A stretch of 64,000 nucleotides of DNA from an uncultured delta proteobacterium (GTDB taxonomy: Bacteria; Desulfobacterota; Desulfobacteria; Desulfobacterales; JAHEIW01). A model generated the notes under the pieces. That model ran no database searches. It was not told where the DNA came from and saw only the letters and a program-made list of their open reading frames with translations. The DNA is taken from assembly GCA_963706575.1 (NCBI GenBank), contig CAVPNL010000006.1:896001-960000 (forward strand), in the 5' to 3' direction. Positions 1-10,391 of this stretch are shown here, piece by piece (within the stretch, counting starts at the first letter, position 1; every line of letters starts with the position of its first letter). The position numbers were made by a program, and so were the translations under genes.

Positions 1-1
1 C

Positions 2-2275
2 ATTCTGCGCGATTTTTCCCGCTGTATTCAATGTGGCCGATGCGTGCAGGCCTGCAACGAAGTGCAGGTCAACCAGGCCATTCATTTCGGCTATCGCGGG
101 GCCGCCACCAAAATTATTGCCGCCGGCGATCGACCCTATATCGACTCGGATTGTGTCTTTTGCGGAGAATGCGTCCAGGCTTGCCCGGTGGGCGCCCTGG
201 TTGAAAAGGATGCCCGCTACGAGGCCCGTCCCTGGAAGACACGTAAGGTGCGCACCACCTGTACCTATTGCGGGGTAGGCTGTCAGATCTATCTGCATGT
301 CAGGGACAACCGGGTGGTCAAAATTACCGGGGTGGAAGACGTGGCGCCCAATTACGGCAGCCTTTGCGTCAAGGGCCGCTTCGGATTCGACTTTATCCAT
401 TCACCCGACCGGGTGAAAACACCGCTGATCAAAGAAAACGGTTCTTTCCGCGAAGCCTCCTGGGATGAGGCCCTGGATCTGGTGGCCCGCAAGCTGGGAG
501 ACATCAAGGCCGAACACGGATCCGACAGCATCGGGATGCTGACGTCCGCAAGAATTACCAATGAGGAAAACTACATTGCCCAGAAGTTTGCCCGGGCGGT
601 GCTGGGGACCAACAATGTGGACCATTGCGCGCGTCTCTGACATTCCTCCACTGTGGCCGGTCTGGCCGCAGCATTCGGCAGCGGAGCAATGACCAATACC
701 ATTGCCGATATGCAAGAGGCGGATGTGTTTTTAATTACCGGATCCAATACCACTGAAAACCATCCGGTGATATCCAGTGGGGTCAAGCGGGCGGTAACCG
801 CTAAAGGAGCGAAGCTCATCGTGGTCGATCCGCGGCGTATCCGAATCACCCGATTTGCGGACAAATGGCTGCGGCAGAACCTGGGAACCGATGTGGCCTG
901 GATCAACGGCTTGATGCATGTGATCATTAAAGAAGGGTTGCATGCCAAAGAATTTATTGAAAAGCGCACCGAGGGCTTCGAAGAACTGCAAAACATCGTT
1001 GAAAAATTTACCCCTGATTATGTGGAGCAGATCAGCGGTATCCCGGCGCAGGAAATTATCGATGCCGCCCGGCTGTATGCTAATGCCGCGCGTGGCTGCA
1101 TTTTATATTGTATGGGCATTACCCAGCACACCACCGGAACCGATAACGTTAAATCTTTGGCCAACCTGGCGATGCTTTGCGGCAACATGGGCATCGCGGG
1201 CGGCGGTGTCAACCCGCTGCGCGGCCAGAACAACGTTCAGGGAGCCTGTGACATGGGCGGTCTGCCGGATGTGTATTCCGGCTATCAGAAAGTCATCGAT
1301 CCCGCAGCGCGCGAGCGCATGGCCGAGGCCTGGAATGTGGACGCGCTTTCCGACCAGCCCGGCATGAAGGCCACCCAGATGATACCGGCGGCCCACGACG
1401 GCACCCTTAAAGCGCTATATGTCATCGGTGAAAATCCGCTGGTTTCCGATCCGGATGTCAACCATGCTGAAAAAAGCTTGAATAACCTGGATTTTCTGGT
1501 GGTGCAGGACATCTTTTTAACCGAAACCGCTCAACTGGCCGATGTGATTTTACCCACGGCCTGCTATGCCGAAAAAGACGGCACCTTTGCCAACACCGAG
1601 CGCCGCGTGCAGCGGGTGCGCAAAGCGGTCGATCCCCCGGGGCAGGCATGGGATGATTGGAAAATTTGTTGTGAGATTGCCACGCGAATGGGCCATCCCA
1701 TGGCCTATGAAAACAGCCGGCAGATCATGGAGGAAATATCAGCGGTAACACCGTCTTACGCCGGCATCAGTTACGAGCGCATCGAACATGAAGGCATTCA
1801 CTGGCCCTGTCCGACGGCCGAACACCCCGGGACCCCGATTTTGCATGGTGAACAATTCACCCGCGGCAAGGGGCTGTTTCACGCCATTGATTACATTGAA
1901 CCGGCCGAGATGATCGATGATGAGTATCCGCTGTATCTCACCACCGGTCGTCTGCTTTACCAGTATCATACCGGCACCATGACCATGAGAACCGGCGGGC
2001 TCAATGAAATTGCGCCGGAGGCGTTTGTGGAAATCTCACCGCAGGATGCGCGCGAATTTGAACTGGAGGAAGGGGCGCTGGTTAATATTGCTTCACGCCG
2101 GGGGACCATTCAGGCACCCATTAAAATATCGCGCAAGGCGGTTAACGGAACCGTATTTATCCCCTTTCACTATGCAGCGGCTGCGGCCAATCGACTGACC
2201 AACGCAGCCCTGGATCCGATTTCGGGAATTCCTGAATACAAAGTCTGTGCGGTTAAAGTGTCGAAGGCAGCGTAG
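2..2275 (+). CDS. fdhF: Formate dehydrogenase alpha subunit (Mo/W-bisPGD, selenocysteine at TGA 638-640), with N-terminal 2x[4Fe-4S]; 5' end lies outside the window
   Basis: Frame is open from base 2 (ILRDFSRCIQCGRCVQAC) and contains CVFCGECVQACP and TCTYCGVGC. DHCARL-TGA-HSSTVAGL is in frame with ORF 653..2275. Later motifs are PLRGQNNVQGACDMG and LTTGR..YHTGTMT. Confidence 0.95.
651..671 (+). other. Putative bacterial SECIS hairpin for fdh
   Basis: ctgtggcc-ggtct-ggccgcag stem-loop starting 10 nt after the in-frame TGA. Confidence 0.75.
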
Positions 2276-2293
2276 CTGCCAGTTATTAGCTGA

Positions 2294-2348
2294 GTAGGGC
2301 CGGCCTCTGTGCCGGCCAGGGAATGGCGGCCGCAGAGGGCCGCCCTAC
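2294..2348. repeat. GTAG-type REP-like inverted pair
   Basis: gtagggccggcctctgtgccggcc...ggcggccgcagagggccgccctac, with related copies at 3971 and 5128. Confidence 0.7.
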
Positions 2349-2378
2349 TTCGAAATTCCTTGTTCTGCGGTTCAAAAT

Positions 2379-2411
2379 AAAAAACCCGGCCTTTTTCGAG
2401 GTCGGGTTTTT
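2379..2411. terminator. Bidirectional rho-independent terminator
   Basis: aaaaaacccggcct-tttcg-aggtcgggttttt between convergent genes, with A/T tails on both sides. Confidence 0.75.
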
Positions 2412-2443
2412 CTGTACCTAATGTTACGATCTTATCGGTTTGA

Positions 2444-3766
2444 TTATTCCTCCAGTTCCTTGGACGGCAGCACATCGACATCCGCCAGGTCCGGTCCCAG
2501 ATATTCGCGTTCATTTTCGCCCAGAATGCCCATGGACAAACAGATCAGGGTCCACAGATGCACCGAATGATAACCGCCTTCGAAATGCTCGCTGAGATCA
2601 TGAATCTGGGAATGACAGTTGTGGCACGGTGTAATGCAGTAAGGGGCACCGGTGGCCATAATCTGGTCAAATTTTACTTTGCCGAAGGCGCGGCGCTGAT
2701 CGGGGAGTCCATTCTGTAGAAAGCCCCCGCCTCCGCCGCAGCAATAGTTATTGGAGCGGTTGGGGGTCATGTCGATAAAATTTTCTTCGCCCACCACAGC
2801 TTTGACCACATAACGCATATCTTCCGCCACAGGATCGCCCAGCGTTTTACGAACCAATTGGCACGGGTCCTGGCAGGTAAACTTGATCTTGCGGTCCTTG
2901 TTCCATTCGGAGCTGACCTTCAGTTTGCCTTCCCGGATCCATTGGGCGTACAATCGAATGATGCTTTCAATTTCAAAGTTGTGCTCGATGTTGAATTTTT
3001 GCAGTCCGACCCGGACTGCGAACAGTTCGTGCCCTCACTCCGTGTTGAGCCAGACCTTGCAGCCCAGATCATCGACGGCTTTGGCTTTAGTGCGTACGAT
3101 TTTTTCCCAGTTTTCAAGGTCCGCCATAAACATGCAGTAGTTCTCGGCAGCCCAGCCTTTGGTGCCGTAAGTCCAATCCGCACCGGCGATGTGCAGGATT
3201 TTCCACAGGGGCACCATTTCATCCGGCTCGGTGACCGGCTCGCGGGAATTCTGATTTAAGAAATAATAGGCGCCTTCTTTGTTAATCGGTGCCTGCAGGT
3301 CCGCAAATCCTTCCTGGGTTTGTTGAACCTCTTCCAGCACGTCTTCGACCACAAACTGAAAATCTTCCTCGGTGGCCCCCATGGCGCTACAGGTATCGTT
3401 TCGAAGGGCCATGTCGCAGGAGCCTAAAATACCTTTGGGCCGCTCTTCCCGGGGCCGGCTTTTTCTGACGTTGAACACCAGCTGGGGGATGTCGATTTTC
3501 ATGGGACAGACATAGATGCAGCGCATGCACAGGGTGCAGCACCAGGCCCATTCGGAGCTTAAGATTTCCTCGTCCATCCCCAGTGCGGCCATGCGCAAAA
3601 ATTTTCTCGGATCCATGTCTTCCAGGCCCGTAGCCGGGCATCCGGAAGAGCAGGCGCCGCAAGTCAGGCACAGGTTTAGATTTCCGCCCTCCGGCAGAAG
3701 CTCTTTAACCTGGTCAATGAACTTGCTTTTTTTCTTTCCGCCAAGTTTGATTGCCTCTTGAGCCAT
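2444..3766 (-). CDS. HdrD/GlpC-like (Fe-S)-binding CCG-domain oxidoreductase with probable selenocysteine (TGA 3037-3035)
   Basis: N-terminal CLTCGACSSGCP and CTLCMRCIYVCP. NTE-TGA-GH sits at the Cys position of the ECGH motif and is in frame with ORF 2444..2953 (QDPC, CCGGGGG, TPCHNC). GGAGG RBS precedes ATG 3766. Confidence 0.88.
3001..3019 (-). other. Putative SECIS hairpin of the HdrD-like gene
   Basis: Perfect 8-bp stem gcagtccg-ggt-cggactgc (minus strand) starting 15 nt after the TGA. Confidence 0.75.
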
Positions 3767-3970
3767 GCTTTTAATTCCTCCGTGTGATTTTTGCTTGCGC
3801 AAAAATTAATTATTTCACTAATCCTTTAATTTTCAAGTTAAAAAATGAGATCCAAACCCTGAATAGCCAAAAATTTAAGAAAAAGTTAACCTGCCAGAAA
3901 ATTAAGGATCTGTCAAGTCATGATGTTGGGTTTTGTACCTCAATTCAACCCACGAAACCTCTGCTGCACA

Positions 3971-4025
3971 GTAGGGCGGGCCTCTGTGCCCGCCGTTCAG
4001 AGGTCGGCACGGAGGCCGACCCTAC
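3971..4025. repeat. GTAG-type REP-like inverted pair
   Basis: gtagggcgggcctctgtgcccgcc...ggtcggcacggaggccgaccctac. Confidence 0.7.
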
Positions 4026-4127
4026 TTAAATCCGCAATCCGCATTTCCCATTCCGAATTCAAAAGGATGTCTGTCAAGGGACTTGGCGGCTGAATTGCAT
4101 TTAGTTTTTTACAATCATTTTCAAAAT

Positions 4128-5105
4128 CTATGGTAATAAAATCGTGGAGCCCGTGGTTTTGCGTGCCTCCAGATCCTGATGGGCCCGGGCAACCTCCGAC
4201 AGCGGATAGGTCTGCCGGACCTCGATTTTGACCGCACCGCTCTGGACCACCTCAAACAGGTCCCGGGCGTGCGCCAGCAAAGCGTCGCGTTCGGCCGTAT
4301 AGGTCATCAAGGTGGGGCGGGTTAAAAATAAGGAGCCTTTGGCCGACAGGAGTCCGGGGTCAAATGCGGGCACCAGCCCCGAGGACTGGCCGAAGCTGGC
4401 CATCATGCCCATAGGCCGCAGGCAATCCAGGGATTTCATAAAAGTGGCCTGGCCGACCGAATCGTAAACCACATCCACCCCTTTGCCGTCGGTAATTTCC
4501 CGGGTGCGCTCGGCAAAATCCTCTTCCTCGTAAAGAATTGTGTGGTGGCAGCCATAGCCACGTGCCAATTCGGCTTTGGCTTCGGACCCGACCGTGCCGA
4601 TGACCGTTGCGCCTAAATGATGGGCCCACTGACACACAATCAGTCCCACCCCGCCGGCGGCCGCATGGATTAAAATGGTGTCGCCGGCTTTAACCTTATA
4701 GCAGCCGCGCAGCAGATACCGTGCGGTCATTCCCTGCAGCATCATGGCGGCGGCCTGCTGGAGGGGAATTGCATCCGGCACTTTAACCAGGCGATGGGCC
4801 GGAATCAGACGCGCTTCGGCATAAGCTCCGGGCGGTAACGCCGCATATGCCACCCGATCTCCCGCGGCGACCTCGGTTACGCCTTCACCGACCGCCTCCA
4901 CAATGCCGGCGCCCTCCATCCCCGGGATAGCCGGCAGGGAAGGCAACGGATACGTACCGGTACGGTGATAGACATCAATAAAATTCAGCCCCACGGCCTC
5001 ATGCCGCACCAGGGCTTCGCCTGTTGCCGGCTGGCCGGGATCATACTCCTCCCAGCGCATCACATCCGGCCCGCCGGTTTCATATATTCTGATTGCCTTT
5101 GTCAT
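4128..5105 (-). CDS. qor: NADPH:quinone oxidoreductase (zeta-crystallin/MDR family)
   Basis: GLNFIDVYHRTG, HAAAGGVG, DVVYDSVG, RKTTGS motifs. AGGAGG RBS precedes ATG 5105. Confidence 0.92.
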   Translation of the reverse strand: MTKAIRIYETGGPDVMRWEEYDPGQPATGEALVRHEAVGLNFIDVYHRTGTYPLPSLPAIPGMEGAGIVEAVGEGVTEVAAGDRVAYAALPPGAYAEARLIPAHRLVKVPDAIPLQQAAAMMLQGMTARYLLRGCYKVKAGDTILIHAAAGGVGLIVCQWAHHLGATVIGTVGSEAKAELARGYGCHHTILYEEEDFAERTREITDGKGVDVVYDSVGQATFMKSLDCLRPMGMMASFGQSSGLVPAFDPGLLSAKGSLFLTRPTLMTYTAERDALLAHARDLFEVVQSGAVKIEVRQTYPLSEVARAHQDLEARKTTGSTILLP

Positions 5106-5127
5106 AACGCACTCCTCCTTTCTTTTT

Positions 5128-5198
5128 GGCAGGCACGGTGGCCTGTTGGCAGGCACGGTGGCCTGCCCTACAACGTAGGGTCGGCCACTGTGCCGACC
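5128..5198. repeat. GTAG-type REP-like cluster
   Basis: ggcaggcacggtggcctg twice, then ccctac-aac-gtagggtcggccactgtgccgacc. Confidence 0.65.
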
Positions 5199-5588
5199 GC
5201 AAAGAATTTAATTTAATATTAATTTCTTGAAATTAAGGAGATACCGGATAGAAGTCAAGCAAGTCGTCTTTTAATCAAGATATACTTGACACACCACGCG
5301 CATTTTCCTATATGTATTGGATCTGATTCTCGTCTAGTATCTGATCTATGTTCGCTTTTTGAGCGGTAATTATTTCAGAACCTCTTTTTCATCCTGTGCG
5401 TTGCGACTCTTGCCTGAGCTACGCATATTGAAAGGTCATAACGCGATTCTTAACAAGTCTCTTTAATGTTAACATTCATCTTCAGGGGCGGTCTTTGTTT
5501 TGTCTTTCGAGAAAGGATGGGTAAATTGAACACTTTCCCTTAGCATAAGACCCGAAACAAAGACTACAATCCAAAAAAGGAGGTAGAC

Positions 5589-6800
5589 ATGAAAAAAATT
5601 ATTATTTTAGCCAGCGTTTTGATCCTATCACTTGCCTTCATTTCGGCTGCACCGGCAGGGGAAATCAGAGTCGGAACCCTTATGGCCCAAACCGGCCCAT
5701 TAAAGGAATATGGACCGCCCATTAAAGATGGTGCTGTCCTGGCGGGCAAGCAGATGGCGGCTGCCGGTTTTGAAATCGAGTGGTTCCATGAGGATAGCGA
5801 GACCAACCCGGCTCCGGCGACCAATGCGGCCAAGAAACTGGTTAACGTCAACAATGTCGTGGCCATCATTGGTGCGTTGTCAAGCGGGGTGACCCTGGCT
5901 GTGGCGGAATCTGTGACCCTTCCCAACAATGTGATCTTGATTTCACCGGCGTCCACCAATCCCTTGATGACGGTCTTGCCGGCGGATGAAGGCAAAGACT
6001 TCCTCTTCCGAACCTGCCCGTCAGACGCCTTGCAAGGTGTCGTGGCCGGTAAACTGGCCGCCAGTTATAATAAGACCGCTTCGATTCTATACGTCAACAA
6101 TGCGTATGGTCAGGGACTGGCGGAAGTATTCACAGAATCCTTTGCAAAATTCGGTGGCAAGGTACTCGCTGCAGTACCCCACGACGAGAAAGCCGCCGAA
6201 TCCTATACCGCAGAGCTGAAAAAAGCCCTGGCGGGGAATCCGGATCGATTGCTTGTCTATAGTTATCCGGAGCATGCCAAGGTCTATGTGAAAGAAGCCT
6301 TCGAGTTTTACAAATACGGAAGATTCCTGTTCTGTGATGGCACCAAATCACAGGATATCCTCGATGCCGTCGGAGCCAAACGTCTTGAGGGCCAGAAGGG
6401 TACGGCTCCCGGCACGGTCGGTGGGCAAGCATACGACAAGTTCAATGAGTACTACAAGGCCGAATATGGCATGCTTCCCCCCAAGCCCTTTATCACCAAT
6501 GCCTATGACGGGGCGGCCGTCATCGGATTGGCGGCTTATGCGGCCAAAGTCAAAGGACTTGAGTTGACCGCTGCAAATATCCGGGATCACATGCGGGCGG
6601 TGGCCAATCCTCCCGGGGAGGTTGTCATTCCCGGTGAGTTCGAGAAAGCATTTGGTTTGCTGAAAGCGGGCAAGGCCATTAACTATGAAGGCGCGGCCGG
6701 ATCGGTTGATTTCGACCAACACGGCGATGTCGTCACGCCGATTGAGATCTGGGAATACCGCGGCGGCAAACTTGTGACATTAAGTACCGAATCACCATAA
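5589..6800 (+). CDS. ABC transporter substrate-binding protein, branched-chain amino acid (Liv) type
   Basis: Signal peptide, GALSSGVT, ISPAST, FRTCPSD, YEGAAGSVDFD. Confidence 0.9.
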   Translation: MKKIIILASVLILSLAFISAAPAGEIRVGTLMAQTGPLKEYGPPIKDGAVLAGKQMAAAGFEIEWFHEDSETNPAPATNAAKKLVNVNNVVAIIGALSSGVTLAVAESVTLPNNVILISPASTNPLMTVLPADEGKDFLFRTCPSDALQGVVAGKLAASYNKTASILYVNNAYGQGLAEVFTESFAKFGGKVLAAVPHDEKAAESYTAELKKALAGNPDRLLVYSYPEHAKVYVKEAFEFYKYGRFLFCDGTKSQDILDAVGAKRLEGQKGTAPGTVGGQAYDKFNEYYKAEYGMLPPKPFITNAYDGAAVIGLAAYAAKVKGLELTAANIRDHMRAVANPPGEVVIPGEFEKAFGLLKAGKAINYEGAAGSVDFDQHGDVVTPIEIWEYRGGKLVTLSTESP

Positions 6801-6834
6801 TAACAGACAGGCGTTAATTTAGCTTACAACGCAT

Positions 6835-6868
6835 AGAGGGGTCTGCCAGAGCAGACCCCTCTTTTTTT
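6835..6868 (+). terminator. Rho-independent terminator
   Basis: agaggggtctgc-caga-gcagacccctct followed by a T run. Confidence 0.8.
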
Positions 6869-7661
6869 ATTTGCCTTTATAGACAGGATCGCGTTTCTCG
6901 ATAAAGGCACGTGCGCCCTCAAAAAAATCCTCGCTTGCATGGCAGGCGACCACACTGTCTTCCTCGAGCTTTAAGATCGATTCAAGGTCCATTTCATTGG
7001 TTTGCTGAAAGGCTTCTTTAGTGAGGCGAATGGAGCGGGGGGCATTTGCAGCAATGATATTGGACTTATCGAAAACAGATTGCATTAATTTGTCAGCCGG
7101 CAACACCGCCGTAACCAGGCCGGCCTCAAGTGCTTCCTGCGCCGAAATTTTTTCACCCGTTAAGAGCCAGTCCTTGGCCCGCCCCAATCCGACCAGTTTG
7201 GGAAGAAAGTACATAACACCGTTGGTGAAAAACAGCGCTCTTTTGACTTCGGGAAATCCAAAAAACGCTTGTTCTGAAGCCATCCGAATGTCGCATGCCA
7301 GCGCAAACTCCGCACCAATACCCACGGCCAGACCAGTGATGGCCGCAATGACGACTTTGGGAATTTGGGTGAGCTGTTTTGTGATCTTTGCCAGTAATTG
7401 TACTTCCTGACGAAGTTTGTCGCTTGCAGATGCCGCTTCGTACAAAAAAGCCAGATCCTTCAGGTCTCGCCCGGCTGAAAATGCGCGGCCCTTTCCCGTG
7501 AGTATCAGGACATGAAGGTTTTTATCCTGCTCAACATCCTCAAGGAGGTCCTGGAACTCGCGGAGCATTCCATTGCTAAAGGTATTTAAGGAATCAGGTC
7601 GATTGAAAGTAGCAACGGCAATACTGTCACGCTTTTCATAAAGAATGTCTTTAAATTTCAT
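6867..7661 (-). CDS. Enoyl-CoA hydratase/isomerase family protein
   Basis: RAFSAGRDL, PKVVIAAITGLAVGIGAEFALACDIR, FGFPEVK, EGARAFIEKR. Confidence 0.9.
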   Translation of the reverse strand: MKFKDILYEKRDSIAVATFNRPDSLNTFSNGMLREFQDLLEDVEQDKNLHVLILTGKGRAFSAGRDLKDLAFLYEAASASDKLRQEVQLLAKITKQLTQIPKVVIAAITGLAVGIGAEFALACDIRMASEQAFFGFPEVKRALFFTNGVMYFLPKLVGLGRAKDWLLTGEKISAQEALEAGLVTAVLPADKLMQSVFDKSNIIAANAPRSIRLTKEAFQQTNEMDLESILKLEEDSVVACHASEDFFEGARAFIEKRDPVYKGK

Positions 7662-9264
7662 CTTTCTCCATTCTCCATTTTTTTTCGGTCGCGTCATAGG
7701 CGCCTTGTCTTTGATCCTCTCTGTTTTCCAGCAAATCGCGTTTTATGATACGCTCCGAGGGTGTCATGTTGAAACGATCCACAAACTCAATAAACCGTGG
7801 CACTTTAAAAGCAGCGAGTTTGGAGCCGGCGAAATCAACAATATCCTGCGGGTGGGCTTTTTTGCCCGGCTGCAGCTGGATGAAGGCCATGACCTCTTCG
7901 CCGCGCAGTTCATCCGGGACCGGCACCACGGCAGCGGCACGCACCGCCGGATGCTCGCACAGCACCCCTTCGACCTCGGCGGCCGAAATGTTTTCGCCGC
8001 TGCGGCGTACCATGTCCTTCAGCCGGCCGACGATATAATAGTAGCCTTTTTCATTTTTTGTGAACAAATCGCCGGTATACAACCAGCCGTTACGGATTTT
8101 TGCTGCAGAGGCCTGTGGATTTTTGTAATACCCCAGCATGCGTGGCTCACCGTGGATGACGAGTTCGCCCTGCCCATCCACTGGAACTTCATTGCCGGCT
8201 TCATCCAAAATCTTAAAGGCTTTGCCCGCAAACGGAATTCCAACCGTTCCGCTGCCCACTGAATCCGTCTCTGCAATGGGCACGCCTAGATCGCCTCCCG
8301 ACTCCGTGGAGCCATATACCTCTCGCCAGGGGGCGCTCCAGCGTTTTTCGAAAGTCGCGTGCAGCTGTGGCACGATGCCCGAGCACATCACCAAACGCAC
8401 GGTGTGTTTTTTTTCGATTTCGGGATTTTCCGGCTGTTTGAGCAAATATACCGGCATGGTCGCTATCAGGTAGAAAAAGGTCACCTGATTGTCTTTAACG
8501 GATTTCCAGAAAGTCGATGCAGAAAACCGCGGCAGGATCACCAGCGGGATACCCGCTATCATGCAGAGCACCACGTTCCACTGCGGATCCATGTAATAAA
8601 AAGGTTGGGCCGTAAGGTCCACGTCTTGCGCGGTAACCCGGGCATAGTTGCACATATCCTGTCCAAGCTGAAGCCAATATTTGTGGCTAAGCATGCATGC
8701 TCTGGGGAAACCCGTGGTCCCGGAGGTGTACTGCAGATTGAGCAGGTCATCCTGCTGAATGGTGTCGATGCTGCAATCCGTAGAAGCCTTGTGCATTTCA
8801 GTGTATAGGTTCCGGGTTCCGGAAATCGTCGAATCTTTGGAAAAAAGGACAATTTCTCGCAAGAAAGGACATTGTGATTTTAGGTCCTTTAGGGCTTCAA
8901 TCTGTTGCTGGCCAGCAATCGCGAGATCAGCTTCTGCATTGTTGAGCACAAATTCTATTTCCGGGGCCTGGTATTGGATGTTGATAGGCACCATTAAGGC
9001 GCCCAGTTTGGCAATCGCCAGCCAGGTAATGGGGTATTCGAAGCCGTTTGGCATCATCACGGCGACCTTATTTTTTTTTTGGACACCCAGCGTGCGGAGC
9101 ACATTGGCCAGCTGGTTGGTCTGGTTTTCAACCTGGGCAAAGCTAAGGCTTTGACCCTCAAATCGCAAAAGCGTTTGATCGCCCATTCGGAGCGCTTGCG
9201 CGCGCAGTAGATGGGCTACGCTCTGCCATCTGGGGATCTTTGCATGCTGTTGGTCCGGTTTCAT
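7651..9264 (-). CDS. AMP-forming acyl-CoA ligase (CaiC-like)
   Basis: YTSGTTGFPR, EVYGSTE, GWLYTGDL, GRLKDMVRRSGENISAAEVE. Confidence 0.9.
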   Translation of the reverse strand: MKPDQQHAKIPRWQSVAHLLRAQALRMGDQTLLRFEGQSLSFAQVENQTNQLANVLRTLGVQKKNKVAVMMPNGFEYPITWLAIAKLGALMVPINIQYQAPEIEFVLNNAEADLAIAGQQQIEALKDLKSQCPFLREIVLFSKDSTISGTRNLYTEMHKASTDCSIDTIQQDDLLNLQYTSGTTGFPRACMLSHKYWLQLGQDMCNYARVTAQDVDLTAQPFYYMDPQWNVVLCMIAGIPLVILPRFSASTFWKSVKDNQVTFFYLIATMPVYLLKQPENPEIEKKHTVRLVMCSGIVPQLHATFEKRWSAPWREVYGSTESGGDLGVPIAETDSVGSGTVGIPFAGKAFKILDEAGNEVPVDGQGELVIHGEPRMLGYYKNPQASAAKIRNGWLYTGDLFTKNEKGYYYIVGRLKDMVRRSGENISAAEVEGVLCEHPAVRAAAVVPVPDELRGEEVMAFIQLQPGKKAHPQDIVDFAGSKLAAFKVPRFIEFVDRFNMTPSERIIKRDLLENREDQRQGAYDATEKKWRMEKDEI

Positions 9265-9422
9265 AAGTCGATTTTTATCTTTTTAGTTTATTTTAATTGA
9301 ATTGAATTGAATTGGGTGAAATTTGCGTCAGGGCTGACGCAGCTAATTCGGCCGATTCGATGAATTTGGCGATGCTGTCGAGACGTGTACAATTTTTGAA
9401 TATACAATCTCTAAGCAGACGC

Positions 9423-10391
9423 TTAATCCAGCATCGTGGAAACCTTTTTTTCTTCCCCCAAAAGCCCCTGGGGCCTGTAAATCAGGATAAGTTCCAGGAT
9501 GACCCCAATTACCAGAAATCGAATGTAAGGTGCTCTGGCCTTTAGGGTGTACGGCAGGTAGTCGGTCAAAAGCTGGGTTCCGATCCAGACGCCCCAAATT
9601 ACGTAGGCGCCCAGAATAGCGCCTTTGTTGTTGCCGCTGCCGCCGGCAATCAACATCACCCAGATGATAAATGTGCCGTACAATGGCGTAAAAATCTCAG
9701 GCGATATGGCCTTCAAACTGTGAGCCGACAGGGCACCGGCGACGCCCATCACCATGGCGCCGAAAACAAGCGACTGCATTTTAAAATTAAAAATATCCTT
9801 GCCGCTCATGGCAGCCGAAACTTCATCCTCCCGCACGGCTCTTAAGACCCTTCCCCATGGCGAGCGGATGGCGCGTTCAATCAATAGATAGATAACGACC
9901 AAAATGATAATGACGATGATCAAATAAATATAGTTATAATTCTTGGGATCAACCAATCCTTCAAAAGGCTGCGGCAGGCCGGTCAACCCTCTGGCGCCAT
10001 TGGCGAGCCACTTTTCATTATTGAAGATGAGTCGAATCGTTTCGGCAATACCGAGGGTGGAGATGGCCAGATAGTCTTCACCCAGCCGCAGGGTCGGAAT
10101 TCCAATCAGAAACGCGAGAATACCACAAACCAGAGCTGCGCCTAGCAATCCGAAGATAAAAGGCAGGTTAAAACCGAAAAGCTGATGCACATACTTGGCA
10201 TAAATACCCGTAGGCGCCGGCAGGGTGATCAGGGCGGATGTATAAGCACCGATACAAAAAAAACCGGCGATCCCGATGTTAAACAGTCCTGTGTAGCCCC
10301 ACTGAATGTTTAACCCCAGACAAAATACGGCATATATGCCGGCCGTGATTGCCAGTGCCACCAGATATGCTATGAGTCCACTAATTTCCAT
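9423..10391 (-). CDS. livM: Branched-chain amino acid ABC permease (LivM-like)
   Basis: LNIQWGYTGLFNIG, LRLGEDYLAISTLG, SPWGRVLRAVREDE. Confidence 0.88.
   Translation of the reverse strand: MEISGLIAYLVALAITAGIYAVFCLGLNIQWGYTGLFNIGIAGFFCIGAYTSALITLPAPTGIYAKYVHQLFGFNLPFIFGLLGAALVCGILAFLIGIPTLRLGEDYLAISTLGIAETIRLIFNNEKWLANGARGLTGLPQPFEGLVDPKNYNYIYLIIVIIILVVIYLLIERAIRSPWGRVLRAVREDEVSAAMSGKDIFNFKMQSLVFGAMVMGVAGALSAHSLKAISPEIFTPLYGTFIIWVMLIAGGSGNNKGAILGAYVIWGVWIGTQLLTDYLPYTLKARAPYIRFLVIGVILELILIYRPQGLLGEEKKVSTMLD

Noticed and set aside
44..2275. fdh as two genes or a pseudogene
   Set aside because: The TGA is at the canonical Sec position, in frame, and followed by a SECIS-like hairpin.
5220..5588. 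Riboswitch or ncRNA in the long leader of the binding-protein gene
   Set aside because: There is a hairpin near 5397-5426 and a TTGACA, but I recognise no family consensus. An Rfam scan would be needed.
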